DNA of 64,000 bases from a virus (lineage: Duplodnaviria; Caudoviricetes): IMG/VR virus record IMGVR_UViG_3300044656_000027, positions 47,290 to 111,289 of that record. One strand, given 5' to 3'. A program made the translations under genes and the position numbers. Shown piece by piece: positions 43,953 to 53,560 of this stretch. The notes beneath the pieces were generated by a model. It worked only from the letters and a program-made list of their open reading frames with translations. It made no database searches and was not told the origin of the DNA. Position 1 is the stretch's first letter. Each line of letters opens with the position of its first letter.

Positions 43953-44927
43953 ATGATCAACGCGCTTGAGATGATGCAGACCACGCTTCCCGTTCAGTTC
44001 AACCGTTCCAAGATCATCCACGCTGGCACGGGTGAGGATGGCCACACGCTCTGTGGCCGTTCGGGAGGTTGGCAGGGGGGCTACTACGGTGAGCCCGTGA
44101 TGATCACGTGCAAGCGTTGCCTTTCCATCAGTGAGCGTGTGGCGCGTGAGGCCAACACTGGGGAGATGATCAAGGAGTCTGACGCGCGTATCGCTGACGC
44201 CACACGTGGTGAGGTGACCGCTCCTAGCGTCGTCATGGACGTTGCCCCATGGGATGGTGAGAACGGTCCCGATCTTGCCAACCTGGATGAGTTCCCGCGT
44301 GACTGCTACTTCGGCGACACGGCCGATGTGGTGGGAGTGTTCTTCGACTACGTGGGGAACGTGGAGGGTGTCTGTGCTCGCCATGCCGCACTGGTTCAGC
44401 GTCCCGTGACCATGTTCCCCGAGGACGCGGGTTTTCACGAGACAGATGTCTATGACCACATTCCGTTTGGCCGCATGCAGGTGGCTACCGTCTTCACTGA
44501 GTTCGCGGGTGAGCCTGTGAACCCTGACTTTCGTCAGCTTCGCCCGTTCAAGCCGATTCCGGGCATGTCGGATGAGTCCTCGTTCCACGCGGTCATTGAC
44601 ATGGCGCGTGCTGGTGAGTGCAACGCGTACCGCCTGCCCGATGGCACATGGGTGCTGGCTCATGTCACGGGTGAGGGTGAGGTGTTGGCGTGCTGGCTGA
44701 TCGGTGACGCTCCCTTGGCTCCCTACGTCGTAGAGGGACGCGTCATGATCAAGATCCCCGGACTCAAGGGGGTTGAGCTTGACGAAGGGACGGAACAGTT
44801 CGTCATCACGCCTGGTTACTCGGACCTCTCGGACTGCGCGCACATGACCTCTATTAAGCGGTACGGGCGACGTAACCCGAACGTTCGCGTCACTCATCTC
44901 CGGTACATCGGTCTGTTGAACCGCTAG
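43953..44927 (+). CDS. Early-region hypothetical protein with N-terminal Zn finger
   Basis: H..TLCGR...CKRC; host-like GC3; start trimmed. Confidence 0.65.
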   Translation: MINALEMMQTTLPVQFNRSKIIHAGTGEDGHTLCGRSGGWQGGYYGEPVMITCKRCLSISERVAREANTGEMIKESDARIADATRGEVTAPSVVMDVAPWDGENGPDLANLDEFPRDCYFGDTADVVGVFFDYVGNVEGVCARHAALVQRPVTMFPEDAGFHETDVYDHIPFGRMQVATVFTEFAGEPVNPDFRQLRPFKPIPGMSDESSFHAVIDMARAGECNAYRLPDGTWVLAHVTGEGEVLACWLIGDAPLAPYVVEGRVMIKIPGLKGVELDEGTEQFVITPGYSDLSDCAHMTSIKRYGRRNPNVRVTHLRYIGLLNR

Positions 44928-45022
44928 GAAGCCCTGTAAGGGGGTATAGAGCGTCTGTACCCCCTTCCTAGGTCATAGTTATCCAACCAACCTGAATGAT
45001 CTTGTCTGAGAGGCTTACAGCC

Positions 45023-45514
45023 ATGCGCTCTGTCTACGCCTACACGTCCCACACGTACACGCTCACCTACGTCACTGAGTCAAGGAAGGTGTTTGAGTAC
45101 ACCAACATGAGCCGTTCGTGGGTGGCAGACCGACTCAAGATCGTTAAGGCCATGATTGAAGAGGGTTACGTCACTGGCTACACGCTGAACCACAAGGCCA
45201 CCCACGTGGAGCCTTACGAGACTGACATCTGCTACGGCTGCAAGGCGCGTCCGTCCCTGTGGGACATGGACTGTGACGGTCCCTACGCGACCGCTCAATG
45301 TGGCGAGTGCGATTGGTGGGCATGCGTCAACGCGCGTGAGCTGGTGTGGTGTAAGGCCATGCTGACCGCGTGGAGGAACGGAGCGTGTGACTACGTGTCC
45401 GACACCATTTCCTACGTGTGTGCCCGTTACGTGTGGCTCACTGAGGGGCACCAACCTGCGAACGACAACTTCCGTGCTCCGAGCGTGGTTTGGGAAGTGG
45501 CTAACCGGTTCTAA
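45023..45514 (+). CDS. Cys-rich hypothetical protein
   Basis: GAGAGG RBS in repeated leader. Confidence 0.6.
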   Translation: MRSVYAYTSHTYTLTYVTESRKVFEYTNMSRSWVADRLKIVKAMIEEGYVTGYTLNHKATHVEPYETDICYGCKARPSLWDMDCDGPYATAQCGECDWWACVNARELVWCKAMLTAWRNGACDYVSDTISYVCARYVWLTEGHQPANDNFRAPSVVWEVANRF

Positions 45515-45595
45515 CCATCTTCTTACCGTGTGGGGGTCTTGACACTGAGACCCCCACATAAGAGGGTGTGAACGTTGGCAGTCACGAGAGGGGAA

Positions 45596-46624
45596 ATGAT
45601 CATGATCACTGGAGCTCGCAAGGGTGGCGCAGTTCGCCACTACGCGCACAGTGCAGACGCGCACAGCCTGTGCGGCCGGTACATGATCCCTGGCATGGGT
45701 GAGGCTCTTCGTGACTGCCGTTCGTGCGTGCGTATCGGCAAGCTTGTTGGACAGGGTGCCAACGATCTTGAGCTGTTGGCCGCTACTCGTTACAACGGCA
45801 ACGTTGCTCACGTGCGTGAGGTAATCGCTAAGCCGCTCACGTCCTCCCGTCGCTCGTTCCTTCGTGAGATCTTGCGAGACACGTCCGGTGACCTTGACCC
45901 CGCTTGCCGTGCGCTTTACATCCTGTGGCTTGAGTACGCGCCGAATGCCGGTATCGACGCGGGCATGTACGCGGACCCTAAGCGTGTCTCTCGCTCTAAC
46001 CCGAATGCGGGAATGATCGATCCGAAGAACGCTCGTCCGGCGCGTTCCATTCTCACGGACAATCAGCGCAACGCGCTCATCCGCATGAGCAACTTTGAGA
46101 ATTCCCTCATTGCGCAGATTCGAGAGGCAGAGGGCAACGAGATTCCGGAGTTGTCTCCGGTCGGGGATGAGTTCTTCGCAAAGCTCGCCAATCGCACTGA
46201 GATTGACAAGGCTTTCACCACGATTTCCGCGAGCATTGACAAGCTCAAGGCGCGGTTGTCTGAGGTGAAGCGCGCCGCTCGTGTGGCCGCACCTGTTGCC
46301 CCTAAGGCTGCATTCAAGGCAGGCGAAATGGTCAAGGGTGGCGTTTACGAAATGGATGGTGAGCTTTACCGCTACGCCATTGCACAGCGCTCCGGTTACG
46401 CCTACGCACTCAAGTGGAATGGCAGTGAATGGGATTACGACAGTGCGCGTGGCATTGTCCGCAAGCTCACTCCCGAAATGGCTATCAGTGCGGAGCGCGC
46501 TAAGGAATTTGGCCACACGCACCACTGCTGTGTCTTCTGCTCTCGCCCGCTGAACGACCCGCGTAGCGAGGATGCCGGTTACGGCTCCACCTGTGCGGAC
46601 AACTATGGTCTTCCTTGGGGCTAG
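45596..46624 (+). CDS. DUF6011-like Zn-finger protein
   Basis: C-terminal CVFCSRPLNDPRS..AGYGSTCA. Confidence 0.7.
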   Translation: MIMITGARKGGAVRHYAHSADAHSLCGRYMIPGMGEALRDCRSCVRIGKLVGQGANDLELLAATRYNGNVAHVREVIAKPLTSSRRSFLREILRDTSGDLDPACRALYILWLEYAPNAGIDAGMYADPKRVSRSNPNAGMIDPKNARPARSILTDNQRNALIRMSNFENSLIAQIREAEGNEIPELSPVGDEFFAKLANRTEIDKAFTTISASIDKLKARLSEVKRAARVAAPVAPKAAFKAGEMVKGGVYEMDGELYRYAIAQRSGYAYALKWNGSEWDYDSARGIVRKLTPEMAISAERAKEFGHTHHCCVFCSRPLNDPRSEDAGYGSTCADNYGLPWG

Positions 46625-46719
46625 GAAGCTCTCCAGGGGGTCTAGGACACGCTTAGACCCCCTGCCCTAGGCAGTCAGTCCAACCACCATGAACGATCTT
46701 GTTAGAGAGGCATACAGCC

Positions 46720-47259
46720 ATGATCAACATTCTTGACGCTGCGATCACTGAGGCTCAGGACCGTGCACGGGAGGCTCAACGCGCAGCGCTTGGCAGTAGC
46801 AGTCTCATTCTGCGAGAGGCACGAGACCGCGCAGAGGATGAGTTTCACGCGCTGCTCACCTGCGCGGGTTACACCTTCCCGCACACGGACGCAGACGACA
46901 ACGACGTGATGGTGTGGGACTACCACATGCGCGGAGTGTGGAGCTTCACTATCAACGACGCTCAGGCGTACGTCAGTTGGAACGGCTCAGGTCTGTGGTC
47001 ATACGTGATCATTGACATTTCCGCGCCTGGCACGCTCATGCGTGATGAGATCATGGAAATCGGGGAGCGTGTTGGTGATGGTTTGCTGCCCAGTTGGGCG
47101 CGTGGTCCTCTCGGGATTATCGCGTACAAAGCGGCTGACCATGACATGAGCATTGCCCAGGCCAACGAGGGTGAGCCGTACGAGGATTACGATGCGGTTG
47201 ACGTGTCGTATGACTACGACGATTACGACTTGCCGGACACGGGTTACTACGGCTACTAG
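46720..47259 (+). CDS. Hypothetical protein with acidic Tyr-rich tail
   Basis: GAGAGG RBS in repeated leader. Confidence 0.6.
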   Translation: MINILDAAITEAQDRAREAQRAALGSSSLILREARDRAEDEFHALLTCAGYTFPHTDADDNDVMVWDYHMRGVWSFTINDAQAYVSWNGSGLWSYVIIDISAPGTLMRDEIMEIGERVGDGLLPSWARGPLGIIAYKAADHDMSIAQANEGEPYEDYDAVDVSYDYDDYDLPDTGYYGY

Positions 47260-47362
47260 AGCCTGTCTCTTCTGGGGCACTGAGAGGCTGTGAGAGAGCC
47301 CTTCAGTACCTCAGTGGACACAGGGTCCAGACACCACAATTGATCTTGTTAGAGGTGCCATT

Positions 47363-47551
47363 ATGGAGCGTTACCAATGTCCTGGATGTGATTACGTGGT
47401 TCCGTGGCAGGGTCTTACGTGGGATCAAGAGACACAGCACGGGAAATGCCCTACCGGACATGCTGTCTGGCGTATCCGCGACACTGACCATGTGTCTGGC
47501 TATTCGTATTGGTTCCTTACCGATTTCATCATGGTCATTACGGAGGGGTAA
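47363..47551 (+). CDS. Small Zn-ribbon protein
   Basis: CPGC...CPTGH; GAGG RBS. Confidence 0.5.
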   Translation: MERYQCPGCDYVVPWQGLTWDQETQHGKCPTGHAVWRIRDTDHVSGYSYWFLTDFIMVITEG

Positions 47552-47832
47552 TGTTCAAGAGTGCAGAACGCAAAGAGCGTAAGGCATTCTCTGACATCAT
47601 CAGTGGTTTGGGAGATGTCAGAGCTACCGAGAGGTTTACTGTTCAGCTCTTCACCATAGGTGGACAGACAATGACTGTCTATGGGATGACCAGAGAGGAA
47701 TTGGACAAGCTCCAAATTCTCTACGCGAATAAGAAAAAGCGTGGTATTTACTACTACGTTCTGAATAAGAAAGAGACTCAGATTGATCTGAGTATGGTTA
47801 CCTCTATTCATGCAGAATATGAGGAGAATTAG
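47551..47832 (+). CDS. Hypothetical protein
   Basis: TAATG coupling; GGAGG RBS. Confidence 0.55.
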   Translation: MFKSAERKERKAFSDIISGLGDVRATERFTVQLFTIGGQTMTVYGMTREELDKLQILYANKKKRGIYYYVLNKKETQIDLSMVTSIHAEYEEN

Positions 47833-47836
47833 TAAT

Positions 47837-47925
47837 TAATATTAAAGAGAAATAGTCACAGTAATACTAGATTATTTCTCTTTAATATTAGATATTAATT
47901 CTAATTAATATCTATATAGTATATA
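47837..47925. repeat. Very AT-rich inverted repeats (18-bp and 11-bp arms)
   Basis: taatattaaagagaaata/tatttctctttaatatta; agatattaatt/aattaatatct. Confidence 0.85.
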
Positions 47926-47962
47926 AATACTAGAGGGTACACCCTGGATTGGAGTCTGTCAA

Positions 47963-48271
47963 GTGCCTAGCTTTACCCTGAATCTTCCTGGTATTGTCCG
48001 TGTGGAAGACACTCACACGTACAAGGGACACCCTGCTACCGTGCTTTACATTTTCGATCAAGCGGTAGCCTATTTCGTTGGTAAGGATAATTACCTTTCC
48101 AATCAGGATTGGGAGGAATGCATTCAATTGCATCTCGCCCGATTCTTTGCGGAAAAGGTAATGGAGCGATTCCCAGACGAGTGGGTAAGTGAGCACCCTT
48201 CTGGACGTGAATTGTATTCTCAGCGCCCCCGTACTATTGAATTCATCGAAGAGAGGCCAGACAGTGAGTAA
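47963..48271 (+). CDS. Hypothetical protein
   Basis: GGAG RBS. Confidence 0.5.
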   Translation: MPSFTLNLPGIVRVEDTHTYKGHPATVLYIFDQAVAYFVGKDNYLSNQDWEECIQLHLARFFAEKVMERFPDEWVSEHPSGRELYSQRPRTIEFIEERPDSE

Positions 48272-48488
48272 GCTTGGTGACATTCCCGTTCCCGTTATGC
48301 TTACGCGTGATCAAGTGCGTTTGATCCGTGGCATGATCTACACCGTTACTCATGATGGGGCAATCAGTATTCCCCTGTTTGATGAGTTGCGGCCTATTCT
48401 GGACAATGCAGAGGACACAGCCACTGTGGAGCACGCTAAGCGGCGTACGCCTGTCGTTGCTTGGTTGGCGACCACGCATAAGGAGTAA
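48264..48488 (+). CDS. Hypothetical protein
   Basis: GAGG RBS; start trimmed. Confidence 0.5.
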   Translation: MSKLGDIPVPVMLTRDQVRLIRGMIYTVTHDGAISIPLFDELRPILDNAEDTATVEHAKRRTPVVAWLATTHKE

Positions 48489-48490
48489 TC

Positions 48491-48823
48491 ATGATCTCTG
48501 TCAGTAGTCACAGAGAATCCCTTACTCTGTCATTGGAGGAGTGGGACACGTACCCTGTGGAGATAGCCAACAAGCGCGGGAGCAATTGGGTAACCATCAC
48601 CCGTGTGGAGCTCAGCTATTCCATTGGAGTGATCAAGGGTCCCAAGCGAGTGACAGTGCACATTCATGGTTGGTACATGGGTGATGCTCGGAAAGTGTGT
48701 GAGTGCACCAACACCATGACTCACAAGCACTTCGAGAGCCGCACGTTTCATGATCTTGACGACGAACGCATGCCCAACTGGGTACGCAAGCTAGCAGAGG
48801 ACTACGCGCCTCACTGGTGGTAG
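48491..48823 (+). CDS. Hypothetical protein
   Basis: AAGGAG RBS. Confidence 0.55.
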   Translation: MISVSSHRESLTLSLEEWDTYPVEIANKRGSNWVTITRVELSYSIGVIKGPKRVTVHIHGWYMGDARKVCECTNTMTHKHFESRTFHDLDDERMPNWVRKLAEDYAPHWW

Positions 48824-48955
48824 CACAGACACAGAGAGCCCCATGGGAGCCCGTAAACGGCCCTGTGGGGCTCTTTGCTGTGTCGGATGGACTGTGAGTC
48901 ATAGGGCTATGTCACAGAGCCTCACAGGGGCATTCAGAGACTTTCGCAATGGGGC

Positions 48956-48984
48956 TTGCGCTAGGCCATACGAGTGTGTAGTGT
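48956..48984 (+). promoter_or_regulatory. HrdB-type promoter
   Basis: TTGCGC-N17-TAGTGT. Confidence 0.5.
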
Positions 48985-49210
48985 TCTTCTTGTCAGCACG
49001 ACAGAGCACAGCCCGAGCGAGACAGCCCAAGTGGCCTAAAACGACGCGACGGACGCTCACAAGAGCGAGTTGACAAGCAACACAGCAAGATGCAAGGATG
49101 TAGCACAGAACGAAACGCACAGCACGACCAGAGGGAAACCCTGGTGTTCCTTGAAAACTAAATGCGCACTCGGCAGCGCTAAAGCCGCTGGATTCTGGAA
49201 AGGTGTCCTT

Positions 49211-49525
49211 ATGGAGACCATGCGCAGTATCCGCGAGGCTTGTGAATTCTTCACGAAAATGTGGAACTATGAGCCCTCTAAGGGCATCGCTCAGGAGTAC
49301 GTATATCCTGAGCGACTGGAATTGACGTTCGCAAATGATTATGGCTTGTCTGTAATCAGGGGACGCAATACCTATGGTGGCCACGAAGGTAAATTCGAAA
49401 TTGCGGTTTTGCTTGACGGCGAAATTACCTATTTCGAAGGCATTACCGAAGAGTGTGACGCGGTTATTGGTTGGCTCACTGCTGACGAAGTAATCGACCT
49501 TGCTCTTACGGTTGCTTGTAAGTAG
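49211..49525 (+). CDS. Phage hypothetical protein
   Basis: FANDYGLSVI...YGG..GKFEIAVL...VIGWLT; start trimmed. Confidence 0.65.
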   Translation: METMRSIREACEFFTKMWNYEPSKGIAQEYVYPERLELTFANDYGLSVIRGRNTYGGHEGKFEIAVLLDGEITYFEGITEECDAVIGWLTADEVIDLALTVACK

Positions 49526-49583
49526 TAATTACGATGAAGAATCCAGCGGCTCTAGGGTTGTCGAGACCGAAAGGATACCCAAA

Positions 49584-49967
49584 ATGCTGGTGGTTTACGA
49601 CGGTGATTTTCTTCCTCTCGCATCCATCGCTGAGGTTGACGACGCGGTATTTCTCTGGGGTTCTCAGGGAATTGTCATTCCCGATTACGTCGCCCAAACC
49701 ATTGCGTCATGGTGGCACTCGCCCGGTAATGAGAGCGCCGCTCTCTCCACTCGTGGTGTTGTCACAGCAACCATGACCATGGCTGATTTCGTCAGCACTG
49801 AGGAGCGGGAAAGTCCGTTCCGCACTACTGAGGAAATCGCGGAATTGAATGCGCTTGAGGCGTACATCAATTCCAAGAAAAGCGATGCAGGAATGGAATT
49901 CTGTCACTGGTGTGAGGAATTCAGCATCCTTGACGGTGAGTGCGTGATCTGCGAAGAGGAGAATTGA
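49584..49967 (+). CDS. Acidic hypothetical protein with C-terminal Zn ribbon
   Basis: AAGGA RBS; start trimmed. Confidence 0.55.
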   Translation: MLVVYDGDFLPLASIAEVDDAVFLWGSQGIVIPDYVAQTIASWWHSPGNESAALSTRGVVTATMTMADFVSTEERESPFRTTEEIAELNALEAYINSKKSDAGMEFCHWCEEFSILDGECVICEEEN

Positions 49968-49968
49968 A

Positions 49969-50178
49969 ATGGCTATGACCAAGCGTGACTTTGCGGCAAT
50001 CGCCGCGATTGTCTACAAGGCGGATCAGGACTCAATCAGTGAGGGAGTCAACTACGGTGCAGAGGTGGAATTCCACGCGTACCGAGAGATGATCCGAAAC
50101 GGGCTGGCGGACTATTTCGCCACCCAAAACCCGCGCTTCGATCGTGAGAAGTTTATCGATGCGTGTTTCGGTGAGTAA
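49969..50178 (+). CDS. Phage hypothetical protein
   Basis: MTKRDF..IA...NPRFDREKFIDAC. Confidence 0.65.
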   Translation: MAMTKRDFAAIAAIVYKADQDSISEGVNYGAEVEFHAYREMIRNGLADYFATQNPRFDREKFIDACFGE

Positions 50179-50273
50179 TTAGCTCAGCTTTCCATTCGGA
50201 ATCACGTAGGGATTGTGTCTCTATAGTCCGAATGGGTTACTGGCCCAATTACTTAACAAAGGGGTGGGACAGA

Positions 50274-50756
50274 ATGATCACGATTGGTGACTACCTCAAG
50301 GGTAAGACCAACGTGGAAGAGAGCCCGTTCTTTGCGGGTTACAGGGACCTGGCTGAGGTTCTGGAGATGTGGACGGGAGACGTTAACGCTTGGATGCGTT
50401 GCCCGTGCTGTTCGTCCGTCAGTCGGCGCTACAGGGAATCTCAGGCACGCTGCTTTGACTGGTGTGAGGCTCCCTCTCGTGAGCTTGTCTCTTGCAAGAC
50501 GGTTGGTGACATTCTCCAGGGAAAGCGACAGGACCCCGGTTACCAGCGGCTTAAGCTCATGATTCAGACTCAGGGCTTTACGTCCATGATTTGGATTGCT
50601 GAGCGTCAGTGGAATTACGAACTTGGGCAATACGTGCCCTGTGTGCGCAATGGTAATCACCGTATCGCGGTGTGTGCCGAATTGGGAATTACTCGCATTC
50701 CCTACACGCACGCGCCTTACTGGGAATTCGATCAGGGTCCTGAGGTTGCCTGGTGA
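50274..50756 (+). CDS. ParB/Srx-like domain protein
   Basis: LKLMIQTQGF...VRNGNHRIAVCAELG...IP. Confidence 0.55.
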   Translation: MITIGDYLKGKTNVEESPFFAGYRDLAEVLEMWTGDVNAWMRCPCCSSVSRRYRESQARCFDWCEAPSRELVSCKTVGDILQGKRQDPGYQRLKLMIQTQGFTSMIWIAERQWNYELGQYVPCVRNGNHRIAVCAELGITRIPYTHAPYWEFDQGPEVAW

Positions 50757-50814
50757 TTAGCTTTAGGGATATTCGGGGAAACTCGAATATGCCTATGGCC
50801 AATCAGGAGGTTAA

Positions 50815-51126
50815 ATGCTTTACTCAATTCGCATTACGGAATACGACCTTGACCGTATTCTCTCCGATTACATTCCGGGTCTTTACGTGAACCCTGAGGC
50901 TTTCGAGCGTTACGAGCCTGATGTGGACGTTTTCGACCAGTCCGCAGCATCATGGGAGCATATGTACATCCTTGGCACGGAGTACACAGACGTGATGGTG
51001 TGGCGTACCTGGCTTGAGGCTAAGGAAGCCCCTCACGGGGTCTACGCGGCCACGTGGGACGGTCGTTGGGCTATCGGTACCAACCTGAACGTTGAGAGCC
51101 TTACAGAGCAGTACAGCCGTTTCTAA
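50815..51126 (+). CDS. Hypothetical protein
   Basis: AGGAGG RBS. Confidence 0.6.
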   Translation: MLYSIRITEYDLDRILSDYIPGLYVNPEAFERYEPDVDVFDQSAASWEHMYILGTEYTDVMVWRTWLEAKEAPHGVYAATWDGRWAIGTNLNVESLTEQYSRF

Positions 51127-51197
51127 GACACAGGGCTGTACCACTTGACACAGGCTCATGGCACATGGTTAGCTAGTGCCAACGAAAGGGGAGCGCG

Positions 51198-51542
51198 ATG
51201 GAACAGGCAATCAGGGAATACCGTGTGTGGTGTGAGACTGGCGACCTGATGGGTTGTGCCAGTGTGTACAAGCGCCGTGCGTGGTGGACGGTTGAGCTTG
51301 AGCCGTTCTATGTGGAGGACCGTAAGACCCTTAGGCCCAAGGGTTTCCGTTCCAAGGAAGCCGCGTACGCTTACGCCAAGGAATATGCGGAAACCTATCG
51401 TGATCAGGCGATTGAGGAAGAAAGGAAGATGCACGAAGCAGATGGCTGCTGTGTTATTCTGCCTGACTTCCTAATTGACAGCTACCGCCTACAGGTGGTG
51501 GATTCCGAAGAGGGGCGCACGCTCGAAGAGTGGGAAATCTAG
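51198..51542 (+). CDS. Hypothetical protein
   Basis: GGGGAG RBS. Confidence 0.6.
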   Translation: MEQAIREYRVWCETGDLMGCASVYKRRAWWTVELEPFYVEDRKTLRPKGFRSKEAAYAYAKEYAETYRDQAIEEERKMHEADGCCVILPDFLIDSYRLQVVDSEEGRTLEEWEI

Positions 51543-51618
51543 TAGCTTTTCTGAGTCTAGGTCTTGATAACCCTAGATTCAGGATGGAATACTGGAATCC
51601 TTAGGGAGGGAAATACAA

Positions 51619-52074
51619 ATGCAGCACCGTTACGCAATCGGCACCCGAATTACCGTTGACTCCACAGGTCTCGGTAAGGCTCTCTCAGGTACGATCATCG
51701 GACAGGTCAAGGACGCTGAGGTTTACCGCGTCGTGTTCGATCACACGTGGGAGAGTGAGGGAATTCTCATCACTGGTGAGCGCATCACCCGCGCTGTTAC
51801 CAAGGGTGCTGTGGAGAACCGTTGCCGTAAGGGTGAGGTGATCAAGGTTCTCCATGAGTTCAACGACATGTTGAAGAACAACACCAAGACTCAGATTCTC
51901 GCATCGGGTGACTCGGCATACTTCTATGAGTATGACGAATACACTTCCAAGGGAATCGCTGAGATCAAGTTGGGTACGATCGTGGAATACCTGCCTTCTT
52001 CCATGTTCTACAAGATCGTTGTGCCTGGTGGCAGGGTCTTCCACCGAACGCGCTCTGAGCTCATTCCTGCATAA
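51619..52074 (+). CDS. Hypothetical protein (tandem SH3-like repeats possible)
   Basis: GGAGG RBS; two GTI..YR/YK.V motifs. Confidence 0.55.
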   Translation: MQHRYAIGTRITVDSTGLGKALSGTIIGQVKDAEVYRVVFDHTWESEGILITGERITRAVTKGAVENRCRKGEVIKVLHEFNDMLKNNTKTQILASGDSAYFYEYDEYTSKGIAEIKLGTIVEYLPSSMFYKIVVPGGRVFHRTRSELIPA

Positions 52075-52154
52075 TCCGCTTTAATCATTCCCAAGAAATT
52101 GGGAGTGGTTATGGCTGGTTATTCCAATCAGCAAATACCCGAGAGGATTTACAA

Positions 52155-52436
52155 ATGTCTGTCAGCCTGCCCCTGACTGAGATTGAGATTGCTGCCCGCG
52201 TCTACGCTCACCCGCTCATTGCGGCGTATGACAAGGCAATCGCACGACTGCACAAGCGTCACACGGAGGCTTATGGAGCTCAGTTCATGGATGACATGGA
52301 CACGGACGCGGACGGCTTCCTGATCTCCGAGCGTGGTTACGACCGCTGGACGGAGCAGGAGGAGGCTCAGTTCATGGGGCTCTACAAGGCGGCTCAGACC
52401 ATGCGTGAGCACGTCCGTAGCTCTCTCCTCAAGTAA
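52155..52436 (+). CDS. Hypothetical protein
   Basis: GAGGA RBS. Confidence 0.6.
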   Translation: MSVSLPLTEIEIAARVYAHPLIAAYDKAIARLHKRHTEAYGAQFMDDMDTDADGFLISERGYDRWTEQEEAQFMGLYKAAQTMREHVRSSLLK

Positions 52437-52481
52437 TCACCCCACCCACCCTCTCACAGGCTCTCAGAAAGGCTTACAACC

Positions 52482-52655
52482 ATGCTGAACCCCCGTTCTT
52501 ACGTCTCTGTCCTCCCGTCCGGTTCTGTCGTGACGCTCCCGTTCAGCGCCAGCAAGCGCGCGGCCGGACAGTACATCAAGGCTCTCGCCAAGATGGACAA
52601 GCGTTACCAGGGTGCACGCACGGTCATGGTCAAGACGGCTTTCAAGGCGTCCTAA
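52482..52655 (+). CDS. Small basic protein (57 aa)
   Basis: GAAAGG RBS; MLNPRSYVSVLPSG...; not in ORF track. Confidence 0.55.
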   Translation: MLNPRSYVSVLPSGSVVTLPFSASKRAAGQYIKALAKMDKRYQGARTVMVKTAFKAS

Positions 52656-52752
52656 AAGATCATGCGGGGAGAGGTTGACAGCCTCTCCCCACCATGCAAG
52701 ACTAGAGGTATCGCAAGGGGGGAAACCAAACCGGAACCATCGGAGGTTTCCA

Positions 52753-52986
52753 ATGCTTATCATGAACTACAACGGTCGTCGTCTCTCGATCCGTCCGACC
52801 GAGCGTGTTGGTGTCTCGCTTGACCTGTACGTCAACCGACACTATGTTGGTTCGACGCGTAGGGGAGCAAGCGTGGAAGCGTACATCGCAGCACTGGAGA
52901 AGTTGACCACTATGGTTGACCGTGCGGACAACAACCGCAAGCCTGAGAAGTACGACGATTTCTGGTTCGAAACCCTCGCGGCCTAA
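52753..52986 (+). CDS. Hypothetical protein
   Basis: GGAGG RBS; start trimmed. Confidence 0.6.
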   Translation: MLIMNYNGRRLSIRPTERVGVSLDLYVNRHYVGSTRRGASVEAYIAALEKLTTMVDRADNNRKPEKYDDFWFETLAA

Positions 52987-53067
52987 CAGGTCCGGTTTCT
53001 CTTACGCTAGTGCGTGAGAGATTCCGAATCGGTTAAACCCGAGACAACCAAATAGGAGGGGACTCAG

Positions 53068-53226
53068 TTGGAAATTGAGATTATCGAAACCATTCCGGTG
53101 TGTCTTTGCGGCCGGTTTATGGAGGTCGTCACGGACGATTTCGGTTTCGAAATGCTCATCTGCTTCTCTTGTTCCGCACCTGTTGAGGTGTTCGGATTCG
53201 AATACGAAGACGATGGGATGTTCTGA
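53068..53226 (+). CDS. Small acidic Zn-ribbon protein (52 aa)
   Basis: AGGAGG RBS, TTG start; CLCG...CFSC; TGATG-coupled. Confidence 0.55.
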   Translation: MEIEIIETIPVCLCGRFMEVVTDDFGFEMLICFSCSAPVEVFGFEYEDDGMF

Positions 53227-53474
53227 TGGAAGATATCGAAGCAATGATCGATCGGCTCAGCAAGGATGCCGACAACGAACTGATGGACGATTCCCTTGGG
53301 AATGCCTACACTTTCGGGTGGCATGCTCTTTTCAGTGCCGATCAGACGATTCTGACTGAGAGGCTTGACAAGATCACCGTAGAGGTGTACCAGGATTACG
53401 GTTCGCTCATGATCGCTTGGAAGCGACTTGAGGACGAGTGGGAAGCCTACGCAAAGATTCACGGCACGGACTGA
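53226..53474 (+). CDS. Acidic hypothetical protein
   Basis: Coupled ORF. Confidence 0.6.
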   Translation: MEDIEAMIDRLSKDADNELMDDSLGNAYTFGWHALFSADQTILTERLDKITVEVYQDYGSLMIAWKRLEDEWEAYAKIHGTD

Positions 53475-53483
53475 GCTAGTGGC

Positions 53484-53512
53484 TTGACAGGGAGAATGGT
53501 ACCTAGTAGCGT
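53484..53512 (+). promoter_or_regulatory. HrdB-type promoter
   Basis: TTGACA-N17-TAGCGT. Confidence 0.65.
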
Positions 53513-53560
53513 TCTTCCTATCAGGCTCCTAACCGGGAGCCACAAACAGGAGGTAATATC

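Noticed and set aside
43896-46525. Long minus-strand ORFs (333 and 481 aa), also 53459-54391
   Set aside because: Antisense shadows of high-GC3 plus-strand genes; no RBS or motifs.
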